NCBI GenBank assembly: GCA_035295025.1
Contig: DATGJS010000120.1
Span: 1 to 51,350 of the forward strand
Direction: 5' to 3'
DNA: 51,350 nt
Source of the DNA: Bradyrhizobium sp.
GTDB lineage: Bacteria; Pseudomonadota; Alphaproteobacteria; Rhizobiales; Xanthobacteraceae
Each line of letters opens with the position of its first letter. Within the stretch, counting starts at the first letter, position 1. The position numbers were made by a program, and so were the translations under genes. This document shows, in pieces, positions 49,845 to 51,350 of the stretch. Below the pieces are notes generated by a model, which was not told the origin of the DNA, did no database searches, and saw nothing but the letters and a program-made list of their open reading frames with translations.

Positions 49845-50789
49845 CTAAGACAACACCCATCCAAGGGGTAGCGCCCTCATTAGATTTTCCATCGCCTGCA
49901 CGTCAGGAGCGCCTGCTTTGGCGGGCAGGCGGATACTGGATTGGCGCATCCTTCCGGCATTCCATTTTCGGGCGTAATTGAAGCGAGCGCTTTCCTTGCG
50001 AAGCACGGTACAAATGAAAAGCGCAGAGGCTGTTGATAGGCCTTCAAACTTTGGAGTGAGCACGGTCACGTCCCTTGAGGCAGTGAACGGACGGGGCTGG
50101 TAAAATGCCGCTCCAATACTCCCGTTGTTGGCAACCGTAATCTGACCGCCCTCCCAATCAGGAGAGGCGGATATCGTTCCAGTAATGCCATTATTCCATG
50201 CGGAGGCGGTCACCAGCGGGGTGCTGCCCCGCCCCAAATCGCGGCGCGTTGTATGCGGACCAACCGCCGCAGAAAACAGATCAAGAATGGGAAAGCTATC
50301 CCATTTCGACAAATCAATAGACGATGCATCGTTGGGATTGACCGCGCTCGCGTGATGCGGCGGCACCGTCTCTATTGCCCATTGGGGCGCCTCATCGGGC
50401 AGTAGCAACGAACCCACTGTGCGATTTGCCTGCCGGCCAAAGTGGAATCGAAACTGATTGGCTCGGATGCACATGCACCACCACAGCTTCTCCTGAACAG
50501 TCATCGGTTGCTTAGGTGTGAGGATTGCAACATGGTACGTCGTGTAGAACGGTCTAGGCTGAACGAAGGCTGCCATGGAATGATTGCGCGATCGGAGGCA
50601 CACGCTGATATCTCCAGCGGACGCCGGTTCAAGGCCAGCTATAGGGCGCACCCAAGCCGTTATGCCATTGTTCCTGTGACTCCGCGCAACATAGGCAACG
50701 CCCTCACGGATGCTGTTCGCGCGTTCTACGCGGTTCAGCGCCAGTTGGTGACCCTTATCCAGGTCGAACAAGGAATCCAGAGGCCTCAC
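49845..50789 (-). CDS. Restriction-modification specificity (S) subunit, BcgI-beta-like
   Basis: Two homologous halves (NNGIT...AAF.QPRPF...V..LTPK...RF.[FY].R..N); GTG start overlaps the upstream stop. Confidence 0.82.
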   Translation of the reverse strand: MRPLDSLFDLDKGHQLALNRVERANSIREGVAYVARSHRNNGITAWVRPIAGLEPASAGDISVCLRSRNHSMAAFVQPRPFYTTYHVAILTPKQPMTVQEKLWWCMCIRANQFRFHFGRQANRTVGSLLLPDEAPQWAIETVPPHHASAVNPNDASSIDLSKWDSFPILDLFSAAVGPHTTRRDLGRGSTPLVTASAWNNGITGTISASPDWEGGQITVANNGSIGAAFYQPRPFTASRDVTVLTPKFEGLSTASALFICTVLRKESARFNYARKWNAGRMRQSSIRLPAKAGAPDVQAMENLMRALPLGWVLS

Positions 50790-51350
50790 TGATCCGTCCC
50801 CTCTTCCTCATCTTCTTGTGATTCGGTTGCGGTCACTGCGTCGAAGATTGCATACTCGCGGACCAGTGCTGCAAAATCCTGACGGGTCAACGCGTTGTAG
50901 TTTGTTTCTAGATAAGCCTCAGCACACCATTCGTCATTTTCGTTCACTTCTCTGACGATGCTTTGGCCCGGAATAGTGGCCCGCGCATGGAAACTTTTCA
51001 ACCATGCGTCACGAATCTCTGGCCATGTTCCCCTCAGGTCAACTCGACCGCGTTTCTTCAGTTTGAGATAACCATCGTTCTTCCATGCAGCGAACCATGT
51101 AGGGCTTGGCGATTCTGCATGAGGTTGGTGAGCCTCGAATACCATAGCGCAGGTAATCACACCGACTGGATGAAAAAGGTCATTCGGAAGCGAAATGGAT
51201 GCTAGTAGCGTGTGATTTTTTAGTATCTCCGCTCGCGTAGGATGCTGCTCGATTGCGCAACTCATAGGAAGCACCACGACGGCGCGGCCTCCAGGTCGCA
51301 AGATGTCCAATAGGTTTGCCACAAAGTTCAGTTCGTGCAGTCCCTCACCC
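50786..51350 (-). CDS. N6-adenine DNA methyltransferase (BcgI-alpha-like), C-terminal part; 5' end outside window
   Basis: Frame open to the window edge; LRPGGRAVVVLP, SLPNDLF, NDG...RGRVD, DEWCAEAYLETNY tail as recalled for BcgI-type alpha subunits. Confidence 0.78.
   Translation of the reverse strand, partial: GEGLHELNFVANLLDILRPGGRAVVVLPMSCAIEQHPTRAEILKNHTLLASISLPNDLFHPVGVITCAMVFEAHQPHAESPSPTWFAAWKNDGYLKLKKRGRVDLRGTWPEIRDAWLKSFHARATIPGQSIVREVNENDEWCAEAYLETNYNALTRQDFAALVREYAIFDAVTATESQEDEEEGTDQ

Larger units (their letters stand above)
49790..51350. mobile_element. Left edge of a lower-GC accessory (defence) island
   Basis: Shift to less GC-biased codons after lysA; R-M genes; three TGCACAA repeats at 49793, 49811 and 49831; no mobility gene inside the window. 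Confidence 0.6.

Overview
High-GC alphaproteobacterial chromosome segment. Gene content and order (ispH-thrB-rnhA, etfBA-hbd, tlpA-argH-lipoprotein-lysA, ndvA-like ABC exporter, DUF1013) suggest a Bradyrhizobium-like (Nitrobacteraceae) genome; this is inferred from recalled synteny, not from a search. Most of the window is core housekeeping DNA punctuated by several families of short palindromic intergenic repeats. Accessory material: (i) an aspA / intradiol dioxygenase / ABC importer / MetE-like block next to the 3' side of tRNA-Leu(CAA); (ii) an MNT-HEPN toxin-antitoxin pair enclosed by a ~110 bp imperfect direct repeat that duplicates the 3' end of the MetE-like gene, where all four coding differences are synonymous and no recombinase is present; (iii) a lone APH-family kinase; (iv) the edge of a lower-GC island after lysA carrying a BcgI-like (Type IIB) restriction-modification system, whose junction has a truncated palindrome and three TGCACAA repeats. 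Also seen: an in-frame TAG at codon 7 of a long-chain acyl-CoA ligase, a candidate sRNA upstream of an orphan hisE, a perfect CtrA box, and an HtrA-like protein lacking catalytic residues. No CRISPR array, rRNA, integrase or transposase was found. All family assignments come from motif recognition by eye.
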